Of a stretch of DNA of 64,000 nucleotides, positions 32,153 through 41,815 are shown in pieces. The stretch lies in the NCBI GenBank assembly GCA_965227515.1, contig CBDDFZ010000001.1:3552001-3616000 (forward strand). The letters run 5' to 3'. Each line of letters starts with the position of its first letter. Positions within the stretch are counted from its first letter, which is position 1. The notes under the pieces are model-generated. The model ran no database searches. It had not been told where the DNA came from and saw nothing but the letters and a program-made list of their open reading frames with translations. The DNA is from Alphaproteobacteria bacterium. Lineage in GTDB: Bacteria > Pseudomonadota > Alphaproteobacteria > CALKHQ01. The position numbers and the translations under genes were made by a program.

Positions 32153-33040
32153 TCAGTGTGCCGGCCGGCGCGCGGCGCGGCGCTTCTGGATCATCGCGAT
32201 GGCCCCGATGGACGCACCGATGATGACGAACGAGATGATGGTGGTGACGGTGCCGAGCGCGTAGAGGCTGGGCGACGTGACGTTCAGCGTCATCGTCCAG
32301 ATCTCCAGCGGCAGCGTGTTGGAGCCGCCCGTCGTCAGCAGGGTGCGCGGGAACTCGTCATAGGACAGCGTGAAGCTGAACAGCGCGACCGCGATCAGGC
32401 CTGGCGCCAGGATCGGGATCACGATCAGCCGCGTGGTCTGCCAGCGGCTGGCGCCAAGGTCGCGCCCCGCCTCTTCCCACGCACCGTTGAAGCGCGAGAG
32501 GACGGCGAACACCACCAGCACGCCGAAGGGCAGCGTCCAGCTCAAGTGCGCGCCCAGGCCCGATGTGGCGTAACCGGTGTCGAGGCCGAGGAAGCGGAAC
32601 AAGAGGCCGATGCCGATGCCGAGCACATAACCGGGTGCCACCAGGCTGCCGATCATCAGGTAAAACACCACCCGGTCGCCGAAGAAGCCGCGGCGGAATG
32701 CCAGCCCCACCATCAGCGAGACCACGACCGTCAGCACGGTGACGATCAGCGCCAGGGTGATCGACCGCTGGAAACCGCCGGCGACGTCGCCGGTGCGCAC
32801 CTGGGTGAACAGGTCCTCGAACCAGTGCAGGCTCAGCCCCTTCATCGGAAACACCAGCCCGCCGCGCACATCCTGGAACGACAGGATGTAGATGCAGATC
32901 ATCGGGCCGTAGAGGAACAGCACGTAGCCGGTGAACAGCGCGAACAGGATGTAGAACGTCCACGCCCGCTTGCTGCGGCTGCCGGCGCGCCGCTTGGTCT
33001 TGGCGGCGCCGCCGATGCGGCTGACGGCGATGTCGGTCAT
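32153..33040 (-). CDS. ABC permease (PotC-like)
   Basis: WEEAGRDLGA EAA loop, FTLSYDEF; start re-called at MTDIAV. Confidence 0.9.
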   Translation of the reverse strand: MTDIAVSRIGGAAKTKRRAGSRSKRAWTFYILFALFTGYVLFLYGPMICIYILSFQDVRGGLVFPMKGLSLHWFEDLFTQVRTGDVAGGFQRSITLALIVTVLTVVVSLMVGLAFRRGFFGDRVVFYLMIGSLVAPGYVLGIGIGLLFRFLGLDTGYATSGLGAHLSWTLPFGVLVVFAVLSRFNGAWEEAGRDLGASRWQTTRLIVIPILAPGLIAVALFSFTLSYDEFPRTLLTTGGSNTLPLEIWTMTLNVTSPSLYALGTVTTIISFVIIGASIGAIAMIQKRRAARRPAH

Positions 33041-33900
33041 CCGCTGATCTCCTTGCGCACGTCGACCACGCGCAGGATCAGCGCGATCATTAGGATCACG
33101 ACGGCCATCAGCACCACCGCGCTGGCGGCAGCCGGCGGGTAGAGCAGCACGGCAATGTCCTCGAACATCGCGCCGACCACCGAGGCCGAGCCGCCGCCGC
33201 TCATCACCTTCACCACGAAGAAGTCGCCCATCACGATCGACACCACGAAGATGGAGCCGAGCGCGATACCGCTCTTCGACAGCGGCAGCACAATCAGGCG
33301 GATCACGTCCCACCGGCTGGCGCCGGCGTCGCGCGCGCTTTCCACCAGATTCTTGTCGATCCGCGCCATGGCGTTGAAGATCGGCACCACCATGAAGATG
33401 GTGCACTGGTGGACGTAGGCGACGACCACCGCGAAATCGGAAAACAGCAGGAATTCCAGCGGGTTCTCGATGACGCCGATGCCGATCAGCGCCTGGTTGA
33501 TCAGGCCCTCCTTACCCAGCACCGGGATCCACGCGATCATGCGGATGATGGCGGAAGTCCAGAACGGCACCGTGCAAACGAGGAAGAGGCCGATGGCGAG
33601 CAACTGGTTCCTGACGTGGAACACCAGGAAATAGGCCACCCAGAACCCGAGGATGGTCGAGAACAGCCAGGTCAGCAGCGTGAACTTGATCGTCGAGTAG
33701 TAGAGATCGAACGTGAGCTGCGACGAGAACAGGTATGAATAGTTGTCGAGGGTGAATGTCGGGAAGATGCCGCCGAAGCCATCGCTCTCGAACACACTGG
33801 CCACCAGCACGACGCCGATCGGCACCAGGAAGAACGGGATCAGCACGATCATGAGCGGGGTCGTGAACAGCCAGCCGCGAAGGTGGCGTCGAGCGATCAT
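33037..33900 (-). CDS. ABC permease (PotB-like)
   Basis: VPFWTS.IIR, LVESARDAGA, LPLSKSGI. Confidence 0.9.
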   Translation of the reverse strand: MIARRHLRGWLFTTPLMIVLIPFFLVPIGVVLVASVFESDGFGGIFPTFTLDNYSYLFSSQLTFDLYYSTIKFTLLTWLFSTILGFWVAYFLVFHVRNQLLAIGLFLVCTVPFWTSAIIRMIAWIPVLGKEGLINQALIGIGVIENPLEFLLFSDFAVVVAYVHQCTIFMVVPIFNAMARIDKNLVESARDAGASRWDVIRLIVLPLSKSGIALGSIFVVSIVMGDFFVVKVMSGGGSASVVGAMFEDIAVLLYPPAAASAVVLMAVVILMIALILRVVDVRKEISG

Positions 33901-33921
33901 CGGCAGTTCGCCTCAGACAAG

Positions 33922-33987
33922 TTGGATGGCCAATTGGATGGCCGATTGGACGGAGAGTGCCCCTCCCCCGACGCGCGGGAGAGGGGC
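33922..33987. repeat. 12-bp tandem repeat (TTGGATGGCC(A/G)A, about 2.7 units) plus a REP-like hairpin
   Basis: Repeat units at 33922, 33934 and 33946; hairpin GCCCCTCCCCCG...CGGGAGAGGGGC at 33959-33987, between the SBP and permease genes. Confidence 0.6.
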
Positions 33988-34002
33988 GATACGCACGGCC
34001 GG

Positions 34003-35352
34003 TCAGGCCGTCTTGAACTCGTTCCAGCGCCGGTTCATGTACTGGGCCTCGTCCATCAGCGTGTTCCAGCACGAGATGTTGGTCACACGCTCCAGGAACG
34101 AGCCGCCGTCGCGCATGGCGCCGGCCGGCTCCATCGGCACGCCGTACGGGTCGAGCACTTCCTCGATGGCGGGCGCGCCTTCGTACCAGTAGGCCCACTC
34201 GTTCTCGGACAGGTACTCCTTGGCGGTCGACGGCACCGGGCTGTAGTAGCCGTAGCGGGCCACGAACGCGCCCTGCCAGCCGGAGAGGTACCAGTTCAGG
34301 TACTCGTAGGCAGCCTCAAGCTTCAGGCCCTCAAGGTGGCCCATCAGCGCCATGCCGTTACACCAGCCGCGATAGCCTTCCTTGCCGTCCTTGATGTTGA
34401 CCGGCGCGTAGATGCACGGGATGTCGCGCACCCGCACCGCGGCCACCGCCGGCGACCACATCGACTGGATGATCACCTCGCCCGCCGCCATCAACTGCAC
34501 CGACTGGTCGAACGTGGTCCACGTCGCACGGAAATGGCCCGCCTTCTTCAGCTCGATCAGCTTCTCGATGGTGAAGTCGATCTCCTCGCGGGTCATGTTG
34601 CCCTTGTTGCCGTAGGTGATCAGGCCCGCGCTCTCGAAGCACAGGGCTGCGTCCATGATGCCGATGGCCGGCACGTCCAGGATCGCCGCCTTGCCAGCGA
34701 ATGCCGGGTCGATCAGCTCCTTCCACTCGGTCACCTCGTGGCCGACCAGGTCGGGCCGGTAGCCGATGGAGTCCGCGTTGTAGACCTGCGGCAGGAAGGT
34801 CGCCCACTCGGTCACGCCGTCATGCAGCTCGGTGGCGTCCGGGCTTTCGATATACATCGCCTCGTAGGGGGAGATGCCCTGGCGCGACACGACCTTCCCG
34901 TCGATCTCGCCCTGGGTGAAGATCGGCAGGATGTTGTCGAATTGCTCGATCTTGGCGACCTCGATGCCCTGCAGCACGCCCTGGCGGGTCGCCAGCTTGG
35001 CCTGCCAGCCCTCGACGTCGGCAATGTCGACCGTATCGGGCTGGGTGACGAAGCGGTTGATCGCCGCCGACGTGTCCAGGTTCTGCATGGTGACGGTAAA
35101 GCCGAGGTCGGCGGACGCCTGGTCGCCAATCGCCTTCACCACCGAATAGCTGACACCGACATGGTGCAGCTCGATGTCCTTGATGTTCTGCGCCCAGATG
35201 GTCGGCGCCCCGACAACACTTGTGGCGGCGGCTGCGCCGGCAGCGGTCGCGCCCGTCTTCAGAAAATCCCGGCGCGTCCTGCCAGTAGTCGCTTTCGACT
35301 TGCGATCAGCACGCGATTTCTGGTCGATGGAAGACGTTTTCAACAGACACAC
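34003..35352 (-). CDS. ABC substrate-binding protein (PotD/PotF-like family) with Tat signal
   Basis: TRRDFLK...APTIWAQ; YNADSIGYRPD; KEGYRGW. Confidence 0.88.
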   Translation of the reverse strand: MCLLKTSSIDQKSRADRKSKATTGRTRRDFLKTGATAAGAAAATSVVGAPTIWAQNIKDIELHHVGVSYSVVKAIGDQASADLGFTVTMQNLDTSAAINRFVTQPDTVDIADVEGWQAKLATRQGVLQGIEVAKIEQFDNILPIFTQGEIDGKVVSRQGISPYEAMYIESPDATELHDGVTEWATFLPQVYNADSIGYRPDLVGHEVTEWKELIDPAFAGKAAILDVPAIGIMDAALCFESAGLITYGNKGNMTREEIDFTIEKLIELKKAGHFRATWTTFDQSVQLMAAGEVIIQSMWSPAVAAVRVRDIPCIYAPVNIKDGKEGYRGWCNGMALMGHLEGLKLEAAYEYLNWYLSGWQGAFVARYGYYSPVPSTAKEYLSENEWAYWYEGAPAIEEVLDPYGVPMEPAGAMRDGGSFLERVTNISCWNTLMDEAQYMNRRWNEFKTA

Positions 35353-35463
35353 TCCTCGCTTCGTGTTGTGGAAGACGTAGACTTGAGCTCATCTTCTAGA
35401 GAAGTTTCGAGAAGCGTGGCGACTTTTTCGCAATGCAGCAAATCTATTGTTTTTATCCCCACC

Positions 35464-35478
35464 ATAAGAATTTTTTAT
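35464..35478. promoter_or_regulatory. LysR-type box ATAA-N7-TTAT
   Basis: ATAAGAATTTTTTAT in the AT-rich region upstream of the ABC-cox-amidase operon. Confidence 0.55.
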
Positions 35479-35650
35479 TGATGGGAAATCTGCCCAACTG
35501 CGCGGCATATGCTTATTTTTTGCAATGCACAATTGGGGCGTCGGCGGGGATTGATTTCTGTCCCCGGCACAACAATCATCTACACGCACCCCCTGAGACG
35601 GGGCGCGGCGATCCGCTGCGCAACAGGACGGTGCCTGGACGCTAGAGATC

Positions 35651-37858
35651 GTGCCCTCGAAACAGGCAAGCCACATCGACCCTTCCGAAATCGACGCCAT
35701 CGTGGGTGGCAACCACGGCGATCCGTTTGCCGTGCTCGGCATGCATGGCGGCGACGGCGCGCCGTTGTCGGTGCGGACCTTCGCGCCGCAGGCGGCCGAA
35801 GTTGGCGTGCTCGATGCCAAGACCGGCCGCCGCCTGGCGGACCTCGAGCGCATCCACCCGGACGGTTTCTTCGCCGGGACCGTTCCGCGGCGGCGCAAGC
35901 GCTTCGCCTACCGTTTCGAGATGAAGGCTGGCGACGCGGTCTGGCAGCAGGACGACGCCTACCGGTTCCCGCGCGTCCTCGGCGACCTGGACATGCACCT
36001 GATCGGCGAGGGTCGCCACCGCCGGCTCTACGACCACATGGGCGCACACCCGATGACGATGGAGGGGGTCGGTGGCGTCGCCTTCGCGGTGTGGGCGCCG
36101 AACGCGCGCCGGGTCAGCGTGGTCGGCGACTTCAACGGCTGGGACGGTCGCCGCCACCCCATGCGGTGCCTGCACGGCATCGGTATCTGGGAGCTGTTCG
36201 TCCCCGGGCTCGCCGCCGGCACGATCTACAAGTTCGAGGTCATCGGCGCCCATGGGGAGCGCCTGCCACTGAAGGCCGACCCGTTCGCCTTCGCCGCCGA
36301 ACAGCCGCCGAAGACCGGCTCGCTGGTCCATGGCGCGCTCGATCATGAGTGGCGCGACGCCGACTGGATGTTCGCGCGCGCCGACGCCCAGGCACTGTCC
36401 GCGCCGGTGTCGATCTACGAGGTCCATCTCGGCTCGTGGCGGCGTGGCGACGGCAACCGCACCCTCGGCTACGACGACATGGCCGACCAGCTTGTCGGCT
36501 ATGCCAAGGACATGGGCTTCACCCATATCGAGCTGCTGCCGGTCAGCGAGCACCCGTTCAGCGGATCATGGGGCTATCAGCCGATCGGCCTGTTCGCGCC
36601 AACCAGCCGCTTCGGCCCGCCCGAAGCGTTCGCCCGCTTCGTCGATGCCTGCCACCGCGCCGGCCTGGGCCTGATCGTCGACTGGGTGCCGGCGCACTTC
36701 CCCTCCGACGAGCACGGACTTGCCCATTTCGACGGCACAGCCCTCTACGAACACGCCGACCCGCGCGAGGGCTTCCACAAGGACTGGAACACCCTGATCT
36801 ACAATTTCGGCCGCACCGAGGTGGCCAATTTCCTGGTCACCAACGCCCTGTTCTGGCTCGACCGCTACCACATCGACGGGCTGAGGGTGGATGCGGTCGC
36901 CTCCATGCTCTACCGCGACTACAGCCGCCAGGCCGGCGAGTGGCTGCCCAACGTCCATGGCGGGCGCGAGAATCTGGAGGCCATCGCGTTCCTGCGCGAG
37001 ATGAACACCCGGCTGTACGGCGACTACCCCGGCGCCACCAGCATCGCCGAGGAGTCCACGGCGTTCCCGCAGGTCAGCCGGCCGGTCGACGGCGGTGGGC
37101 TGGGCTTCGGCTATAAGTGGAACATGGGCTGGATGCACGACACGCTGGAATACATGAAGCTGGACCCGGTGCACCGCAGCCACCACCAGCACCAGCTCAG
37201 CTTCGGCATCGACTACGCGTTCTCGGAGAACTTCGTGCTGCCGCTCAGCCACGACGAGGTCGTCCACGGCAAGGGCTCGCTGCTGAGCCGCATGCCCGGC
37301 GACCGCTGGCAAAAGTTCGCCAACTTGCGCGCCTATTTCGGCTTCATGTGGACCCATCCGGGCAAGAAGCTGCTGTTCATGGGCGGCGAATTCGGCCAGG
37401 AGCGCGAGTGGAACCACGATCATTCGCTGGACTGGCACCTGACCGGCGACCCGATGCACCGGGGCGTCCAGGCGCTGGTCCGCGACCTGAACGCGCTCTA
37501 CCGCGCCACGCCCTCACTGCACCAACTGGACTGCGACGGGGCGGGCTTCGAGTGGATCGACGCCAGCGACACCGCCAACAGCATCATCGTCTTCCTGCGC
37601 AAGGGGCGAGACGGCACGCCGCCCGCCCTCGTCATTTGCAACTTCACGCCGGTGGTGCGAGAGGCGTACAAGGTCGGCGTGCCGATTGGCGGCGCGTGGA
37701 CGGAAGTGATGAACACCGACGCAAGCACCTATGGCGGATCGAATGTCGGCAATGGCGGTAATGTCGACGCCAGTTCCGACGGCTGGCATGGCCGCCCGGC
37801 GTCGCTGACGCTCACCTTGCCGCCGCTCGCCACCCTCGTCCTGCAGCCGGCAGGCTGA
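35651..37858 (+). CDS. glgB: 1,4-alpha-glucan branching enzyme
   Basis: [56 protein letters not shown]. Confidence 0.97.
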   Translation: MPSKQASHIDPSEIDAIVGGNHGDPFAVLGMHGGDGAPLSVRTFAPQAAEVGVLDAKTGRRLADLERIHPDGFFAGTVPRRRKRFAYRFEMKAGDAVWQQDDAYRFPRVLGDLDMHLIGEGRHRRLYDHMGAHPMTMEGVGGVAFAVWAPNARRVSVVGDFNGWDGRRHPMRCLHGIGIWELFVPGLAAGTIYKFEVIGAHGERLPLKADPFAFAAEQPPKTGSLVHGALDHEWRDADWMFARADAQALSAPVSIYEVHLGSWRRGDGNRTLGYDDMADQLVGYAKDMGFTHIELLPVSEHPFSGSWGYQPIGLFAPTSRFGPPEAFARFVDACHRAGLGLIVDWVPAHFPSDEHGLAHFDGTALYEHADPREGFHKDWNTLIYNFGRTEVANFLVTNALFWLDRYHIDGLRVDAVASMLYRDYSRQAGEWLPNVHGGRENLEAIAFLREMNTRLYGDYPGATSIAEESTAFPQVSRPVDGGGLGFGYKWNMGWMHDTLEYMKLDPVHRSHHQHQLSFGIDYAFSENFVLPLSHDEVVHGKGSLLSRMPGDRWQKFANLRAYFGFMWTHPGKKLLFMGGEFGQEREWNHDHSLDWHLTGDPMHRGVQALVRDLNALYRATPSLHQLDCDGAGFEWIDASDTANSIIVFLRKGRDGTPPALVICNFTPVVREAYKVGVPIGGAWTEVMNTDASTYGGSNVGNGGNVDASSDGWHGRPASLTLTLPPLATLVLQPAG

Positions 37859-37893
37859 GCTTTCCCTTGCCGACGGAGCGGACCTAGTTGGCC

Positions 37894-39978
37894 ATGAAAG
37901 TCGAAGCCGGGTCGCCCTTTCCGCTGGGCGCCACCTGGGACGGGCTCGGTGTCAACTTCGCCCTGTTCTCCGCCAATGCCGAGAAAGTTGAGCTCTGCCT
38001 GTTCGACAGCAACGGGCGACGCGAGATCGAGCGCATTGCGCTGCCCGAGTACACCCACGAGATCTGGCACGGCTACCTGCCCGAGGTTAGGCCGGGACAG
38101 CTCTACGGCTACCGCGTCCATGGGCCGTACGACCCCAAGAACGGCCATCGGTTCAACCCGCACAAGCTGCTGCTCGATCCCTATGCCGCCGAATTGCGCG
38201 GCGACCTGCGCTGGCACGATGCGCTTTTCGGCTATCGGGTCGGCCACAATCGCGAGGACCTGTCGTTCGACCGCCGCGATTCCGCGTTCGTGATGCCGAA
38301 GTGCGTGGTGGTCGACCGCGCGGTGACCTGGGGCGACGACCGCCGGCCGCAGGTGCCCTGGACCCGCACGGTGATCTACGAGGCGCACGTCAAGGGCATG
38401 ACCGCCCGCCACCCGGACGTGCAGCCGCACCTGCGCGGCACCTTCGCCGGTCTGGCGCACCCGAAGATCATTGAGAACCTGGTCAAGCTGGGCGTCACCG
38501 CCGTCGAGCTGATGCCGGCCCAGGCCTTCTTCGACGACCGCTATCTGGTCGAGAAGGACCTGACCAATTACTGGGGCTACAACACCATCGGGTTCTTCGC
38601 CCCGGCCGCGCGCTATATCTCGCCCGGCGGCAGCCTGCACGAATTCAAGCAGATGGTGCGCCACCTGCACGAGGCCGGCATCGAGGTGTTGATGGACGTG
38701 GTCTACAACCACACGGCCGAGGGCAACCAGCTGGGCCCGACGCTGTCGTTCCGCGGCATCGACAACGCCAGCTACTACATCCTGGGCGACGACCCCCGGT
38801 ACTATTTCGACATGACCGGTTGCGGCAACACCGTGAACCTGCGCCACCCGCGGGTGCTGCAGATGGTGATGGACTCGCTGCGCTTCTGGGTCGAGGAATG
38901 CCATGTCGACGGGTTCCGTTTCGATCTGGCCAGCTCGCTCGGCCGCGAGCGCGAGGCATTCGAGCCGCGGGCCGGCTTCCTGGATGCCGTGCGGCAGGAC
39001 CCGGTGCTGTCCAAAGTGAAGATGATCGCCGAACCCTGGGACGTGGGGCCGGACGGCTACCAGCTCGGCAACTTCCCGCCGATGTGGGCGGAGTGGAACG
39101 ACAAGTACCGCGACGGTATCCGCGCGTTCTGGCGCGGCGAGCCGGACTCGCTGCGCGGTCTCGCCACCGGCCTGCTGGGCACCGCGGCGGTGTTCGACCA
39201 CCACGGGCGCCGGCCATGGTCCAGCATCAATTTCATCACCGCCCACGACGGCTTCACGCTGGCCGATCTGGTCTCCTACGACCACAAGCACAATGAAGCG
39301 AACAAGGAGGACAATCGCGACGGCCACGACCACAATCTAAGCACCAACAATGGGGTCGAAGGCCCGACCGACGACCCGGACGTGCTCGACCGCCGCGACC
39401 GGATGAAGCGTAACCTGATCACGACGCTGCTGCTCTCCCAGGGTACGCCGATGATGCTGATGGGCGACGCGGTCGGCCGCAGCCAGATGGGCAACAACAA
39501 CGCCTATTGCCAGGATAACGAGACCACCTGGATGCCCTGGGAAGACCTGGACGAGCGCGCCGAGAGTTTCCGTCACTTCGTGCGCCGGGTGGGCCTGATC
39601 CGCCGGATGACCGCCGCGTTCCGCCAGGATCGGTTCCTCCACGGACGACCCGTCAACGACAGCAATGGCACCCGCGACGTGGTGTGGCTGAAACCCGATG
39701 GCGCGGAGATGACAATGGATGACTGGGCAAACCCGGGCATCAGGATCGTCGGCCTGCTGTTCGCCAACGGCAACGGGGAACGCGCCTTGATCCTGGTCAA
39801 CGGCAGCGACGCCGCCATTGCGTTCAGCGTTCCGACCGGGGCCACGGCGCGCGGCTGGCGTGTGCTGATCGACACCGCGCGCGGCGTGGTGCTGCCGTCC
39901 GATCCGCCACCGGCAGTCGACAAGGCGGTCGCCCTGCCGGAGCGGAGCATGATCGTCCTGGGCAGCAACCGAGGCTAG
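37894..39978 (+). CDS. glgX: Glycogen debranching enzyme (GlgX/TreX)
   Basis: PLGATWDGLGVNFALFS, NYWGYN, DVVYNHTAEG, DGFRFDLA, AEPWD, HDGFTL. Confidence 0.96.
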   Translation: MKVEAGSPFPLGATWDGLGVNFALFSANAEKVELCLFDSNGRREIERIALPEYTHEIWHGYLPEVRPGQLYGYRVHGPYDPKNGHRFNPHKLLLDPYAAELRGDLRWHDALFGYRVGHNREDLSFDRRDSAFVMPKCVVVDRAVTWGDDRRPQVPWTRTVIYEAHVKGMTARHPDVQPHLRGTFAGLAHPKIIENLVKLGVTAVELMPAQAFFDDRYLVEKDLTNYWGYNTIGFFAPAARYISPGGSLHEFKQMVRHLHEAGIEVLMDVVYNHTAEGNQLGPTLSFRGIDNASYYILGDDPRYYFDMTGCGNTVNLRHPRVLQMVMDSLRFWVEECHVDGFRFDLASSLGREREAFEPRAGFLDAVRQDPVLSKVKMIAEPWDVGPDGYQLGNFPPMWAEWNDKYRDGIRAFWRGEPDSLRGLATGLLGTAAVFDHHGRRPWSSINFITAHDGFTLADLVSYDHKHNEANKEDNRDGHDHNLSTNNGVEGPTDDPDVLDRRDRMKRNLITTLLLSQGTPMMLMGDAVGRSQMGNNNAYCQDNETTWMPWEDLDERAESFRHFVRRVGLIRRMTAAFRQDRFLHGRPVNDSNGTRDVVWLKPDGAEMTMDDWANPGIRIVGLLFANGNGERALILVNGSDAAIAFSVPTGATARGWRVLIDTARGVVLPSDPPPAVDKAVALPERSMIVLGSNRG

Positions 39979-39985
39979 CCTAGCC

Positions 39986-41815
39986 ATGACCGGGCCGACT
40001 TGGGGTGCCGTGCCGCTGGGCGACGGCTATGCGCGCTTCAGGCTGTGGGCGCCGACCCAGCAGGCGGTGGCCCTGCACACGCCACGGGGCGACATCTCAA
40101 TACCGGCGGCTGGAGATGGCTGGTTTCAGGTCGAGACAGACGCCGTTGCCATCGGCGCGCCCTACGCCTTCCGTCTCGACGACGGCACCCTGGTGCCCGA
40201 TCCCGCATCCCGCGCCCAGCAAGGCGATGTGCACGGCCCGTCCCTGCTGGTCGACCCCGCTGCGTATCAATGGCAAGACAAAGGCTGGGCCGGCAGGCCG
40301 TGGGAAGAGGCCGTGATCTACGAGCTGCATGTCGGCACGTTCACGCCGGCGGGCACCTTCGCCGCCGCCATCGACCGGCTGGACCATCTGGCTGACCTGG
40401 GGATCACAGCCATCGAATTGATGCCGGTCGCCCAGTTCAGCGGAAATCGCGGCTGGGGCTATGACGGCGTGCTGCCGTACGCCCCGCACCGCGCCTATGG
40501 CACGCCGGACGACATGCGGGCTCTGGTTGACGCCGCCCACGCCCGCGGTCTGATGGTGCTGCTGGACGTGGTCTATAACCACTTCGGTCCGGACGGGAAC
40601 TACCTGCCCCTCTATGCGCCGGACTTCTTCGACCCAAAGCGGAGCACGCCCTGGGGACCTGCCATCGCCTACGACAAGCCGGCGGTGCGCGCGTTCTTCC
40701 TGGAGAACATCGTCACTTGGCTGGAGGGCTTTCACCTTGACGGACTACGCTTCGATGCCATCGACCAGATCCGCGACCCCTCCCCCCAGCCGATCATCGA
40801 GGAGATGGCGCGTGTGGCGCGGGCGCGTATCGCCGACCGGCCAGTGCACCTGACCACCGAGGACCACCGCAATATCATCGGCCTGCACAAGCGCGATGCC
40901 GCAGGGCGGCCGACGCTCTACACCGCCGAATGGAACGACGATTTCCACAACATCGCCCACGTCGTCGCCACTGGCGAGACCGAGGGCTATTACCAGGATT
41001 TCGCCGACGACCGTTTGGGCAGGCTCGCCCGCGCGTTGGCCGAGGGCTACGTCTACCAGGGCGAGCCATCGCCGAGCCACGATGGGGCGCCGCGCGGCGA
41101 GCCATGCAGTGAGCTGCCGCTGACCGCGTTCGTCGACTTCCTGCAGAATCACGACCAGGTCGGCAACCGCGCGCGCGGCGAACGTCTCGGCGCGCTGGCC
41201 GACCCGGCGCTGCTCGACGTGCTGGCGGCGATGCTGATCCTGTCGCCCTCGATCCCACTGTTGTTCATGGGAGAGGAATTCGGCGCCACCACGCCGTTCT
41301 GCTTCTTCACCGACTTCGACGGCGACCTGGCCGACGTGGTGCGCGAGGGGCGTCGCCGCGAGTTCGCCGCATGGCGCGCCTTCGCCGACGAGGCGGCGCG
41401 TGCGACGATCCCGGATCCCAACGCAGAGGCGACCTTTGCGGCCTCTCGCCTGGACTGGAACGAGGCCGAGAGCCCCGCCGGCCGGGCGCATCAGGACAAA
41501 TTGCAGCAGTTGCTGGCGTGCCGCCGCACCGAGATCGTGCCAAGGCTGGCCGGGATGCGCGGCGGGGCCGGCACCATCCGCTGTCAGCGCGACGCCCTGG
41601 TCGCGGTGACGTGGCGTCTGGGCGATGGCTCCGACTTGCACCTCGACGCCAACATTGCAGACCAGGACGCGCCGGCAGCGCCACCGCCCAGCGGCCGCCA
41701 GTTGCACGAGACCACCGCCGGCGCCTTCGCCGCGCTCGCCGCCGGCAATTTGCCGGCAATGGCCGCCGTGTGCTCGATCGCCGAGGCGGCGTCCGGCGCG
41801 GCCGCGCAACCATGA
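39986..41815 (+). CDS. treZ: Malto-oligosyltrehalose trehalohydrolase
   Basis: FRLWAP, PDPASRAQ, GWGYDGV, YNHFGPDGNY, LRFDAID, LQNHDQVGNR. Confidence 0.95.
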   Translation: MTGPTWGAVPLGDGYARFRLWAPTQQAVALHTPRGDISIPAAGDGWFQVETDAVAIGAPYAFRLDDGTLVPDPASRAQQGDVHGPSLLVDPAAYQWQDKGWAGRPWEEAVIYELHVGTFTPAGTFAAAIDRLDHLADLGITAIELMPVAQFSGNRGWGYDGVLPYAPHRAYGTPDDMRALVDAAHARGLMVLLDVVYNHFGPDGNYLPLYAPDFFDPKRSTPWGPAIAYDKPAVRAFFLENIVTWLEGFHLDGLRFDAIDQIRDPSPQPIIEEMARVARARIADRPVHLTTEDHRNIIGLHKRDAAGRPTLYTAEWNDDFHNIAHVVATGETEGYYQDFADDRLGRLARALAEGYVYQGEPSPSHDGAPRGEPCSELPLTAFVDFLQNHDQVGNRARGERLGALADPALLDVLAAMLILSPSIPLLFMGEEFGATTPFCFFTDFDGDLADVVREGRRREFAAWRAFADEAARATIPDPNAEATFAASRLDWNEAESPAGRAHQDKLQQLLACRRTEIVPRLAGMRGGAGTIRCQRDALVAVTWRLGDGSDLHLDANIADQDAPAAPPPSGRQLHETTAGAFAALAAGNLPAMAAVCSIAEAASGAAAQP

